NCBI GenBank assembly: GCA_963790255.1
Contig: CAWBOA010000004.1
Coordinates: 197,339-261,338, forward strand
Reading direction: 5' to 3'
Length of the DNA: 64,000 nt
DNA from: an uncultured Chloroflexia bacterium
GTDB taxonomy: Bacteria > Chloroflexota > Limnocylindria > QHBO01
Shown here: in pieces, positions 29,726 to 38,091 of the stretch
Layout: each line of letters begins with the position of its first letter
How positions within the stretch are numbered: the stretch's first letter is position 1
Notes under the pieces: generated by a model
The model's database searches: none
What the model saw: only the letters and a program-made list of their open reading frames with translations
What the model was told of the DNA's origin: nothing
Program-made: the position numbers and the translations under genes

Positions 29726-30709
29726 GTGGACGCTTCATCGAGAGGGACCTTGACGACCGACCCACATCACGGCGCTCGCCTCTGGGAGACGCTTCGCGAA
29801 TCGGTGGCACGCGCCGTCATCGGCGCCGATGCCCCACTGCGGCTCATGGCCCTGGCGCTGCTGGCCGAGGGCCACGCGCTGCTCGAGGATGTCCCCGGCG
29901 TCGGCAAGACGCTCCTCGCTCACGCCTTCGCCCGCTCCCTCGGGCTGGGGTTCGGCCGGATCCAGGGCACACCCGACCTGCTCCCGACCGACGTCACCGG
30001 CAGCAGCGTCCTGGCCGATGGCGCGTTCCGCTTCATTCCCGGCCCGATCTTCACGAACGTGCTGCTCGTCGACGAGATCAATCGGGCCACGCCGCGGACG
30101 CAGTCCGCGCTGCTGGAGGCGATGCAGGAGCGACAGGTGAGCGTCGACGGCGAGACTCGCCCGCTGCCACAGCCTTTCCTCGTGCTCGCCACGCAGAACC
30201 CGATCGAGCTGGAGGGCACGTTCGCCCTGCCGGAGGCACAGCTCGACCGCTTCCTCGTCCGGATCGCGCTGGGCTACCCACAGGAGGCCGATGAGCGCGC
30301 CATCGCCCGCCGCTATCGCGAGGCCGCGGAGCCCCTCGACGCCATCGATGCCGTCCTCGATCCGGAGACGCTGCCCGAGATGCGTCGGGCCGTGCGCCAG
30401 ATCGGCGTCAGCGACGAGGTCGAGGGCTATCTGGTGCGCCTCGTGCGCGCCACGCGCCAGCACGAGGACCTGCAGCTCGGCGCAAGCCCCCGCGCCAGCG
30501 TGAGCCTCTACCGCGCGGCGCAGGCATCGGCCTACCTCGCCGGCCGCGACTTCGTGCTGCCGGATGACGTGGCGGACCTGGCCGGACCGATCCTGACGCA
30601 CCGGCTCGTGGTCGATGTCGACCGTGAGCTGCGAGGCGCCACCGCCGCCGGCGCCATGGCCGAGATCTGCGGGCAGGTGTCGGTGGGCGTGGGATCCGGC
30701 GTGCGCTGA
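29726..30709 (+). CDS. MoxR-family AAA+ ATPase
   Basis: Walker A EDVPGVGKT, Walker B LLVDEINRATPRTQSALLEAMQE, then VLATQNPIELEGTFALPEAQLDRF. In-frame TTG 29750 after GAGGG is an alternative start. Confidence 0.85.
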   Translation: MDASSRGTLTTDPHHGARLWETLRESVARAVIGADAPLRLMALALLAEGHALLEDVPGVGKTLLAHAFARSLGLGFGRIQGTPDLLPTDVTGSSVLADGAFRFIPGPIFTNVLLVDEINRATPRTQSALLEAMQERQVSVDGETRPLPQPFLVLATQNPIELEGTFALPEAQLDRFLVRIALGYPQEADERAIARRYREAAEPLDAIDAVLDPETLPEMRRAVRQIGVSDEVEGYLVRLVRATRQHEDLQLGASPRASVSLYRAAQASAYLAGRDFVLPDDVADLAGPILTHRLVVDVDRELRGATAAGAMAEICGQVSVGVGSGVR

Positions 30710-30719
30710 GCGATCGGCG

Positions 30720-31952
30720 ATGAGCGGCTGGACCCTCGTCGGGGTGGCGATGATCCTGGTCGGCGCCGCGGTCGGCGCGCCGGGCCTGCTTCTCATCGGC
30801 GGGCTGACGCTGCTCAGCCGGTGGCTCACCACCCTCTGGTCGCGCTACGGGCTTGACGCGCTCGCCTTCGACCGGCGCATCGGGACCGATCGCGCCGTGT
30901 GGGGTGACGAGGTCCCGCTCGAGGTCGAGGTCTGGAACCAGAAGCCGCTGCCCGTTCCCCTGCTGGTCGCCGACGACAGCGTCACGGACACCCTGCGAGT
31001 GGTCGGGAAACGGCTCGGCGCGAGCGACCGACCGGGCCAGGGAATGCTCCAGAACGCGTGGTCGCTGCTCTGGTACGAGCGCGTCGTGCGACGCCTGGTG
31101 ATCGATGCCCGGCGGCGAGGGGTCTTCACCTTCGGCCCCGTGCGCCTGACGGTGAGCGACCTGTTCGAGCGTGGCGTGAACTCCGAGGAGCGCGACCTTC
31201 CGGGCCAGCTTCTCGTCCGTCCCCGCACGGTGCCGGTGCGCCCCGCCGAGCCGGCACGGGCGCCGCTCGGCGTCATCCGCTCGCGGGCCAGCCTCTTCAG
31301 CGACCCGTCCCGCTTCGCCGGCGTGCGCGCCTACCAGCCGGGAGATCCACCCCGCCGCATCCACTGGCGGGCAACGGCCCGCATCGGGCGCCCGGTGAGC
31401 CGTCGCTTCGAGCCGGTCAACGAGCGGCACGTGCTCCTCGCGCTCGATCTGCAGACCGTCCCCGGTCCCCACTGGCTCATGCTGTTCGACGACGAGAGCG
31501 TCGAGGGCCTGTGCGTGGCGGCCGCATCGCTCTCGCGCCGCTTCCTGCGGGACGGCGCCGCGGTCGGCCTGATGGTGGGAACGCAGCTGGCCGGCGGCCG
31601 CCGATGGGCCTACGTTCCGCCCTCGAGCTCACTGGGGCAGCTCGGCAGGATCGAGGACGTCCTGGCGCGAATCCAGCCGATCATGTCGCTCCCATTCGAA
31701 CAGCTCCTCGGGGTGGTGCCGCGACGACTGGCGCCCGGCGGCACGCTGCTCGTGCTCGGGGCGCGCGACCCGACGCCATATCTCGATCCCCTGCGCCGGC
31801 TCGCTCGGTCCGGGTACGCCGTGAGGTTCGTGGCGCTCGGCGACGAGCGCGAGCGGCATCGGTCGATCGCGGCGGCATCGGGCGTCGGCGCCGAGACGGC
31901 GACGCTGGATCCGAACTGGAGGGAGGCCGATGCGCTGGCCCTGGCCCACTGA
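30720..31952 (+). CDS. DUF58 domain protein (MoxR-associated, VWA-like)
   Basis: ATG 30720. Two N-terminal TM helices. The conserved DUF58 core is FAGVRAYQPGDPPRRIHWRATARIGRPVSRRFE...LLALD. Confidence 0.8.
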   Translation: MSGWTLVGVAMILVGAAVGAPGLLLIGGLTLLSRWLTTLWSRYGLDALAFDRRIGTDRAVWGDEVPLEVEVWNQKPLPVPLLVADDSVTDTLRVVGKRLGASDRPGQGMLQNAWSLLWYERVVRRLVIDARRRGVFTFGPVRLTVSDLFERGVNSEERDLPGQLLVRPRTVPVRPAEPARAPLGVIRSRASLFSDPSRFAGVRAYQPGDPPRRIHWRATARIGRPVSRRFEPVNERHVLLALDLQTVPGPHWLMLFDDESVEGLCVAAASLSRRFLRDGAAVGLMVGTQLAGGRRWAYVPPSSSLGQLGRIEDVLARIQPIMSLPFEQLLGVVPRRLAPGGTLLVLGARDPTPYLDPLRRLARSGYAVRFVALGDERERHRSIAAASGVGAETATLDPNWREADALALAH

Positions 31953-33255
31953 CCGCGTCCTCGGCTGGCTCCTGCCGACCCTCGCGATCGTCGCCGAGGG
32001 CGCATTCCTGGCGGTCATCTACGTCGCCGTCGAGACGGCGGTCGACCATCGCGTGCCGCTGCTCGGGACCTTCGAGATGGCCGCGGCGGCCGGCATCGCC
32101 GCTGTCGCGGTCAACCGTCGCTGGCTCGACCCCGACGTCGACTTCTGGCGATTCCTCGGCCTCCTCGCCGTCGTCGGCCTCGTCGGCTGGATGTGGGACG
32201 ACCGCGTCCGTGACCTCGTGCTGGCGGGCGACCCGCTGGCGGCCATCCCGCTGCACCCCGGCGGATGGCTGACCGTCGTGGCGGCGATGCGCGGGGTCGG
32301 GCGGGCGATCGAGGTCGACGACCGGGCGGTGACCCGGCTCGTCCTCGCCGGCATTCCCGCACTCGCCATCCCCTGGACCATCGGCCAGCTCGGCTCCGGT
32401 GCGCAAAGGGCGCTCTTCACCGAGGAGGCCTTCGTCGCCAGCCTCACGTTCGTGACGGCCGGCTTCATCGCCGCGGGCCTGGCGCGGCTCCGGGAGATCG
32501 GCCGCGAGACCGGCGTCGACTGGCGTCACGACCGCTCGTGGCTCGGGACCGTCTTCGGGGTGATCGGCGTCGTGCTGCTGATCGGCGTCCCAGCCTCGAT
32601 CCTCCTCGGCCTGCCGGGCGACGCGGTGGCGCGCGGCATCCTCGGACCGATCGTGACGGTCGCCAGCTACGTCTTCATCGCCGGCTTCACCGCGGCGGCG
32701 CTCGTGGCGGTGGTCATCGCCTCGCTGCTGCGGTCGCTCGGCATCCAGCTGCCGCAGCCGATGTCGCCGGAGGAGCTCGCCCGCCTGCCGATCCAGGGGG
32801 TGTACGAGTTCGAGCAGCTGCGCGAGACCCTCACCGGCCTCATCGCCCTGTGGATCGCGCTCGTGATCGTGCTGATCGTCCTCGCCCGCGTCTGGCTCCG
32901 GCGGCGAGTCGGCCGCCAGGGGCGGGTGGCCACCGACGAGCGCTCCTTCCGGATCCCGCAGCGGTCGTCACGCGCGCGGGTCGCCACGCAGCGATCCGCG
33001 GCCGCACCCCGACCCGGCCCGCCGCACGACGCGGTCACCGCCTACCTCGCCGCCCTCGATGACCTCGCCGGCCGGGATCCCGACGCTGCGCGGGCGGAGC
33101 ACGAGACACCTCGATCGCACGCGCGCCGCGTGGATGCCGGGCCGGCCCTGACCGCGCTGCAGGCCGACTACGCGCTGGCCCAGTACGGCGGACGGTCACT
33201 GACCGATGCGGAGCATCAGCGCGCGCTGAGGCGGTGGAGGCGCCTGCGCGGGTAG
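31930..33255 (+). CDS. polytopic membrane protein with C-terminal DUF4129-like domain (third member of the MoxR/DUF58 operon)
   Basis: 8-9 hydrophobic helices. C-terminal segment PPHDAVTAYLAALDDL...ETPRSHARR...LQADYALAQYGGRSLTDAEHQRALRRWRRL, typical of DUF4129. 23-nt overlap with the DUF58 gene. No transglutaminase Cys-His-Asp core seen. Confidence 0.6.
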   Translation: MRWPWPTDRVLGWLLPTLAIVAEGAFLAVIYVAVETAVDHRVPLLGTFEMAAAAGIAAVAVNRRWLDPDVDFWRFLGLLAVVGLVGWMWDDRVRDLVLAGDPLAAIPLHPGGWLTVVAAMRGVGRAIEVDDRAVTRLVLAGIPALAIPWTIGQLGSGAQRALFTEEAFVASLTFVTAGFIAAGLARLREIGRETGVDWRHDRSWLGTVFGVIGVVLLIGVPASILLGLPGDAVARGILGPIVTVASYVFIAGFTAAALVAVVIASLLRSLGIQLPQPMSPEELARLPIQGVYEFEQLRETLTGLIALWIALVIVLIVLARVWLRRRVGRQGRVATDERSFRIPQRSSRARVATQRSAAAPRPGPPHDAVTAYLAALDDLAGRDPDAARAEHETPRSHARRVDAGPALTALQADYALAQYGGRSLTDAEHQRALRRWRRLRG

Positions 33256-33256
33256 G

Positions 33257-34637
33257 TCAGGCGGACGCGAGCGCGAACACGCTCCACGGCTCCGGCACGC
33301 CCTTGAGCCGATGCTCACCCCGATCCTCGAATCGAAGCCCCGAGCCGGCGACGAGGTCCTTGACCGTGCGCGACACGAGGACCTCGCCGGGGCCGGCCAG
33401 CCCCGAGATGCGGGCGCCGATCGAGACCGCGATGCCGACCAGCTTGCCGTCGCTGACCTCGCACTCCCCGGTGTGCAGGCCGGCACGAACCTCGAGGTCG
33501 ACGTCTCGAAGCGCGTCACGGATCGCGGCGGCCGCCTGCACGGCGCGGGCGGGTCCGTCGAATGCGGCAAGGAACCCGTCACCCGCCGTGTCCAGCTCGC
33601 GACCCTGGAAGCGCGCCAGCTCGCGGCGAACGATGCCGTGGTGCCGCTCGAGCAGCTCGCGCCACGCTCCGTCCCCCAGCTGCGCCGCTCGCTCGGTCGA
33701 GCCGACGATGTCGGTGAAGAGGACGGTCGCCAGGACGCGTTCCGAGCTCGTGCGGCCGGAGAGCCGCGCGATGAAGCTCGCGGTCGCGGCCATGGTCGCC
33801 TCATGCGCTTCGTCGACGACCCACGTGTACACGCCCCGATAGGTCGGCAGGTCGACCACCGTCGCATCCCGCAGGCGTTGCGCGGCATAGTGCGCCGGTC
33901 CGGGAGCGGTGGCTCGCGGGAACAGGACGGACGGCACGCGAACCGCGCCGAGGACGTCGCTCACGTCCAGCTCCATGGCCGTCCGGAACGCGGTGAGCGC
34001 GGCGCCCGGGCTCAGGCTGCGGCGCATGTGCCAGACGAACCAGTCCCGGAACGCGTCGTCATCGGCGACCTCCGGCGCCCACTCGCGGGCCAGTCGCTCC
34101 AGGATACGCTCGCTCACCCCATCCGGCGCGCACCTCGGCGAGCTGGACCCGCCACTCCTCGGCTGTGGGCGCCCACGGATAGTCGTCGCTTCGCGTTCCC
34201 TTGATCCGTGGGTCGACGATCGCGAGGCCGATGCAGCGATCGGGATACGTCGCCGCGAAGAGGAGGCTGACTCCCGTGCTCGTGCTCCCACTCCAGAGCA
34301 CGGCGCGACTCCGACCCGGCCGCGTCCATCACCGCCCTGATGTCGTCCATCGACGTCTCGACCGACTGGACCTCCCGCACGCGGTCGGACAGCCCGGTTC
34401 CGCGCTTGTCGAGCATGAGCACGCGACCGACGTGCGCGAGGCCCTCGATGTGGCGCACCAGCAACGGCTGCTCCCAGGTCGAGAGCAGGTCGCCGGTGAT
34501 GCCCCGGACGAAGACGATGTCCGGTCGGCCCCATCGCCGATCACCTGGTAGGCGATGGCGACGTCGCCGCTCCGCGCGTACGAGACCTCGGGAACGTTCA
34601 CGGACCGCAGTGTCCCGCATGCGCGCGCCAGCGTCAT
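33257..34637 (-). pseudogene. alpha/beta-hydrolase-fold sensor domain + class III adenylate/guanylate cyclase, about 3 frameshifts
   Basis: The segments read across four frames. First VPEVSYARSGDVAIAYQVIGDG (ORF 34329..34637). Then PDIVFVRGITGDLLSTWEQPLLVRHIEGLAHVGRVLMLDKRGTGLSDR...AVMDAAGSES (ORF 34114..34815). Then VLWSGSTSTGVSLLFAATYPDRCIGLAIVDP...RAGWG (ORF 34059..34301). Finally ERILERLAREW...VLATVLFTDIVGST...ELDTAGDGFLAAFDGPARAV...VRAGLHTGECE (ORF 33257..34534). Two hand-offs sit at C4 runs (34529-34532 and 34117-34120). Confidence 0.7.
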
Positions 34638-34654
34638 CCCCTGCCGAGCCCTCG

Positions 34655-34660
34655 TAGACT
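34655..34660 (+). promoter_or_regulatory. -10 box TAGACT, 6 nt upstream of GTG 34667 (leaderless)
   Basis: The sequence reads ctcgTAGACTgggccgGTG, with no SD. Confidence 0.4.
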
Positions 34661-34666
34661 GGGCCG

Positions 34667-35659
34667 GTGAGAGTCGCCCACGTGCGGGAAACGCACGCCC
34701 CCGCCGGCACGGCCTGGCGCCTGGCCGCGGCGCTCGATCCCGATGGCGTGCGGTGGCTCGACCTGGAGGTTGCCCGCCGCACCCTCACCGCCGCCGATCC
34801 GCGACTCGCGCACAACAGCGCCCTCTTCCGTCAGCCGGTCACGACTCTGGACGCGCACCTCGCCAACGGGCTACGCGTGGACGCGCTCGGCGACCTGCTC
34901 GAGGCGGATGCCCAGGAGCCGCTCGACGCGTCGGGCCTCGAGTTCGGGCCGCCGATCCTTCGCCCGCCGACCTTCCGCGACTTCTACGCGTTCGAGCAGC
35001 ACGTCGGGACGATGTGGAAGCGTCGCGACATGGAGATCCCGGAGGCCTGGTTTCGGTTGCCGATCTTCTACTTCAGCAACGTCAGCGAGATCCGCGGGCC
35101 CGGCGACCCGGTCTGGGCACCGCGCGACAGCTCGGAGCTGGACTACGAGCTCGAGGTGGCGGCGCTCGTCGACACGCCGGTGCACGACCTCGACGCGGCG
35201 CGGGCCGAGGAGGCGATCGGTGGCTACCTCGTCCTCAACGACTGGAGCGCGCGCGACCTGCAGCGCGAGGAATCGACCGTGCGCCTCGGCCCGGCCAAGG
35301 GCAAGGACTTTGCCTCGTCAATCGGGCCGTGGCTCGTCACGCCGGACGAGCTGGCCGATGTGCGGCGCGACACCGGCTACGATCTGACGATGACGGCATC
35401 GGTCAACGGGCAGGAGCTCTCGCGCGGGACATGGTCCAGCGCGCACTTCAGCTTCGGCCAGATGATCGAGCGGGCCAGCGCCGACGTCCGGCTGCGCCCT
35501 GGCGACCTTATCGGCTCTGGCACCGTCGGCACCGGCTGCCTGCTCGAGATCAAGGATGAGCGGCTGAAGCGCTACCTCGAGCCCGGCGACACGGTGACGT
35601 TGGCCATCGAGCGGCTCGGCGAGCTCACCTCGCCGGTGATCGACCGGCCACACCGATGA
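34667..35659 (+). CDS. fumarylacetoacetate hydrolase (FAH) family protein
   Basis: FAH-fold pattern P.FRDFYAFEQH...PIFYFSN...ELDYELEVAALV...GYLVLNDWSARDLQ...GPAKGKDFASSIGPW...PGDLIGSGTVGTG. Confidence 0.85.
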   Translation: MRVAHVRETHAPAGTAWRLAAALDPDGVRWLDLEVARRTLTAADPRLAHNSALFRQPVTTLDAHLANGLRVDALGDLLEADAQEPLDASGLEFGPPILRPPTFRDFYAFEQHVGTMWKRRDMEIPEAWFRLPIFYFSNVSEIRGPGDPVWAPRDSSELDYELEVAALVDTPVHDLDAARAEEAIGGYLVLNDWSARDLQREESTVRLGPAKGKDFASSIGPWLVTPDELADVRRDTGYDLTMTASVNGQELSRGTWSSAHFSFGQMIERASADVRLRPGDLIGSGTVGTGCLLEIKDERLKRYLEPGDTVTLAIERLGELTSPVIDRPHR

Positions 35660-36144
35660 GCGCCTCGGTCGACGCCCTCCTCGCACGCCTCGCCGAGGCG
35701 GAGCGACGCCTGGCAGAGCACGCGGCCCGTCCGCTGCCACCCGGTCTCGCCGACCCCGATCCGGGTGCGGAGGAACGCTGGGAGGCCGGACAGATCTGGG
35801 CGCACCTGGCCGAGTTCCCCGCCTACTGGCTCGCCCAGGCAGAGCGGGTCATCGCCGAGCCGACCAACCCGCCGGTCCCGTTCGGGCGGGTGAAGACCGA
35901 TGCGGGCCGCATCGAGGCGATCGAACGTGATCGCCACACTGATCCGCAGGCCCTACTCGAGCGGGTTCGAGCCGCGCTCGCCGACGTGAGCGACGCGTCC
36001 CGTTCGTGGGACGCCGAGACGTGGCGGTGCGTCGGGGCGCATCCGACGCGGGGCGAGATGAGCGTCGAGAGCATCGTCGAGAGGTTCATCGTCGGCCACC
36101 TCGAGGAGCACGCGGACCAGCTCGACCGCCTCGGCACCGAGTGA
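35656..36144 (+). CDS. DinB-fold (DinB_2 / MDMPI-N-like) protein
   Basis: ATG 35656 overlaps the FAH stop (ATGA). Four-helix-bundle-like sequence with a candidate metal triad: His in QIWAHLAEF plus HxxxH in VGHLEEHADQL. Confidence 0.6.
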   Translation: MSASVDALLARLAEAERRLAEHAARPLPPGLADPDPGAEERWEAGQIWAHLAEFPAYWLAQAERVIAEPTNPPVPFGRVKTDAGRIEAIERDRHTDPQALLERVRAALADVSDASRSWDAETWRCVGAHPTRGEMSVESIVERFIVGHLEEHADQLDRLGTE

Positions 36145-36162
36145 CCCGCGTCGTCGCCGCCA

Positions 36163-36506
36163 TCACCCGGCGTTGCGTGGCGACCTGAGGAGCCCGACGC
36201 CGGTCGACAGCACGCCGGCGAGCATGAACAGGCCACCGAGTGGGACGAGCGCGATGAGCGCATTTGGTTCGGTCGCCTCGGGCATGAGCACCGAGAGGAA
36301 GAAGCCGGCCGGCATCAGGATGGCCGCCAGCGGGACGCCGTGCCGGGCAATCCACAGCCAGCCGGCTGCAGCTTGTCCGCGTCCTCGTCGAGGTTGGTGG
36401 CCTGTCGGTCGTGGCGGTGGGTCGAGTCCTCGCCGCCCTCGAGCGTCCCGATGTCCCCCTGCACGACGTCCTCGCCGCCGCTCACACCGCGCTTCCACAC
36501 GACCAT
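36163..36506 (-). pseudogene. small membrane protein, possibly frameshifted
   Basis: MVVWKRGVSGGEDVVQGDIGTLEGGEDSTHRHDRQATNLDEDADK (ORF 36315..36506, very high GC3) appears to continue in another frame. That continuation is GWLWIARHGVPLAAILMPAGFFLSVLMPEATEPNALIALVPLGGLFMLAGVLSTGVGLL (ORF 36163..36498). Hand-off near 36355. Confidence 0.3.
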
Positions 36507-36851
36507 GTCGCCACGAAGGACCGCCGGCGTGCGGCGCGCCGGGAGTCAGATGCGTGGCTGGAGGCTCGCGGCTGGCGCCTGGACCCGGACTCGGCGGGCC
36601 GTGACGAGCTGGCAGCGGCGCTCGCCGCGTTGCGACAGCTGGGTTGGGCGGTGGGGCCCGAAGTGTTCGAGCGCTACGCGCGCGCGGCGGACGAGATCGC
36701 CGCGGAGGAAATCGCCTACGTCGCGGGCGCTACCGATCGGGAGGCGGCGGTGGAGGCGACGGTCATCGGGACCGTGGTGTTCGAACGCGCCCTCTTAGCT
36801 CTCCGCCGGCTGGCCGAGGAACACCATTCGAGGACGCGCTTCGAGGGCTGA
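36411..36851 (+). CDS. hypothetical protein (start uncertain)
   Basis: The C-terminal about 110 aa (DAWLEARGWRLDPDSAGRDELAAALAALRQLGW...EEHHSRTRFEG) have natural composition and high GC3. The first 96 nt overlap the better-supported minus-strand ORF. No in-frame ATG, GTG or TTG lies between 36507 and about 36630. Confidence 0.3.
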   Translation: MAVGRVLAALERPDVPLHDVLAAAHTALPHDHVATKDRRRAARRESDAWLEARGWRLDPDSAGRDELAAALAALRQLGWAVGPEVFERYARAADEIAAEEIAYVAGATDREAAVEATVIGTVVFERALLALRRLAEEHHSRTRFEG

Positions 36852-36866
36852 CCGACGCGAGGTCGC

Positions 36867-37349
36867 CTACTGGACGCCGGCACCGGCGCCCCAGCGCCGG
36901 ACCTCGGCCTCGAGGTCGAGCGGCATGATCGTCGCCTGGTCGGCGAAGTCGCCCCAGGCCTCCCGCGGCACCTGCCACATCACCTCGAACTCGTTGCCGT
37001 CGGGGTCGCGGCCGTAGAGCGACTTGCTCACCCCGTGATCCGACGCACCGGTCAACGCTCCGAGATCACGCAGCGATGCCGCCATCTCGGCGAGCCCCTC
37101 GATCGTGTCGATCTCCCACGCCAGGTGATAGAGGCCGACCGACCCGCGCGGCGGGCGCGGCGCCTGCGAGCCGACCTCGAAGAGGCCAAGGTCGTGGTGG
37201 TTGTCGCCCGCGGGTGACCGCATGAAGGCGGCGCGCATCCCCTCCGGACGGCTCAGCTCGACGAAGCCGAACGCCTTCGCGTAGAAGGCGGCGGCCGCAT
37301 CGGCGTCGCGGACGAAGAGGACCGCGTGGTTGAGGTTCGTGATCGCCAT
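36867..37349 (-). CDS. VOC family protein (glyoxalase / extradiol dioxygenase fold)
   Basis: Matching segments: LNHAVLFVRDADAAAAFYAKAFGF...GDNHHDLGLFEV...GLYHLAWEI...ASDHGVSKSLYGRDPDGNEFEV. Paralogue of 57771..58214. Confidence 0.8.
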   Translation of the reverse strand: MAITNLNHAVLFVRDADAAAAFYAKAFGFVELSRPEGMRAAFMRSPAGDNHHDLGLFEVGSQAPRPPRGSVGLYHLAWEIDTIEGLAEMAASLRDLGALTGASDHGVSKSLYGRDPDGNEFEVMWQVPREAWGDFADQATIMPLDLEAEVRRWGAGAGVQ

Positions 37350-37352
37350 CGG

Positions 37353-37967
37353 TTAGCGCTCCAGCTTCCAGGCCGAGGTCCAGCTCCAGCCATTCTGCGC
37401 GTTCAGTCCGATGTTCATGAAGGCCATGCCCTCGAGGAAGCGGGAGGCGCTCAGCGGGCCGACGTCGAGGGGGGTGAAGCCCATCGAGTCGACGAGCGAG
37501 ATCACCTTCTGCTTGGCCTTGTCGTCGTCACCGGCCACGTAGCCGTCGATCTCGTTGCTCGGATTGGCCTGGTTGGTGGCGAAGATCGTGTTGAAGGCCT
37601 TGATGACGCTCGCTTCGGGAAGGCGCTTCTGGAACTCCTCGGCCGCCGAGCTCCCCTCGGTCGAGAGGCCCGTGAAGTCGGGCTTGATGGGGTTCGTGAC
37701 GTCCACGATGGTCTTGCCGGCGACGGCGTCCCTGATCTCGGCGGCGACGGTCTCGCCGGCGCCCGCGAAGGGCATGGCCAGGATGACGACGTCGGCACCT
37801 GCGACGGCGGCGACGTTGGTGTCGGCCGAGGTCGCGCCGATCTCCCGTGCGGCGCTGACTGCGTGCTGCGGATTCCTTGCGGTGATGATGACTTCGTGCC
37901 CGGCGCGGGTGATCGAGGTGCCGAGGGCCTTGCCGACGGTGCCGGCTCCGATGATGGCGACCTTCAT
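37353..37967 (-). CDS. NADPH-dependent F420 reductase-like (NpdG family) oxidoreductase
   Basis: Start trimmed to MKVAIIGAGTVGKALG (CAT 37965-37967), a Rossmann motif. It continues VVILAMPF...IVDVTNP and KAFNT. The long ORF-track extension is Arg/Ser-rich. Confidence 0.8.
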   Translation of the reverse strand: MKVAIIGAGTVGKALGTSITRAGHEVIITARNPQHAVSAAREIGATSADTNVAAVAGADVVILAMPFAGAGETVAAEIRDAVAGKTIVDVTNPIKPDFTGLSTEGSSAAEEFQKRLPEASVIKAFNTIFATNQANPSNEIDGYVAGDDDKAKQKVISLVDSMGFTPLDVGPLSASRFLEGMAFMNIGLNAQNGWSWTSAWKLER

Positions 37968-37995
37968 GGTCGATCCGTTCCTTTCGATGTGCGAT

Positions 37996-38015
37996 GACTT
38001 GGCCCTTGCCAAGTC
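37996..38015. promoter_or_regulatory. perfect inverted repeat GACTTGGC-CCTT-GCCAAGTC (operator candidate)
   Basis: 8-bp arms with a 4-bp spacer, in the 124-bp divergent region between the F420-reductase-like gene and the XRE-cupin regulator. Confidence 0.45.
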
Positions 38016-38046
38016 AGGTTTGGTGTTGCCCATATCATCGGGCATC

Positions 38047-38085
38047 GATTGGCTCTTGTCAATACTGGTTTTGTAAGGGCATAAT
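38047..38085 (+). promoter_or_regulatory. promoter of the XRE-cupin regulator with a second, degenerate operator copy
   Basis: The second copy is GATTGGC-TCTT-GTCAAT (38047-38063). It overlaps the -35 TTGTCA (38056-38061). An 18-nt spacer leads to the -10 CATAAT (38080-38085). ATG 38092 lies 6 nt downstream, so the transcript is predicted leaderless. Confidence 0.45.
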
Positions 38086-38091
38086 GCCGGC

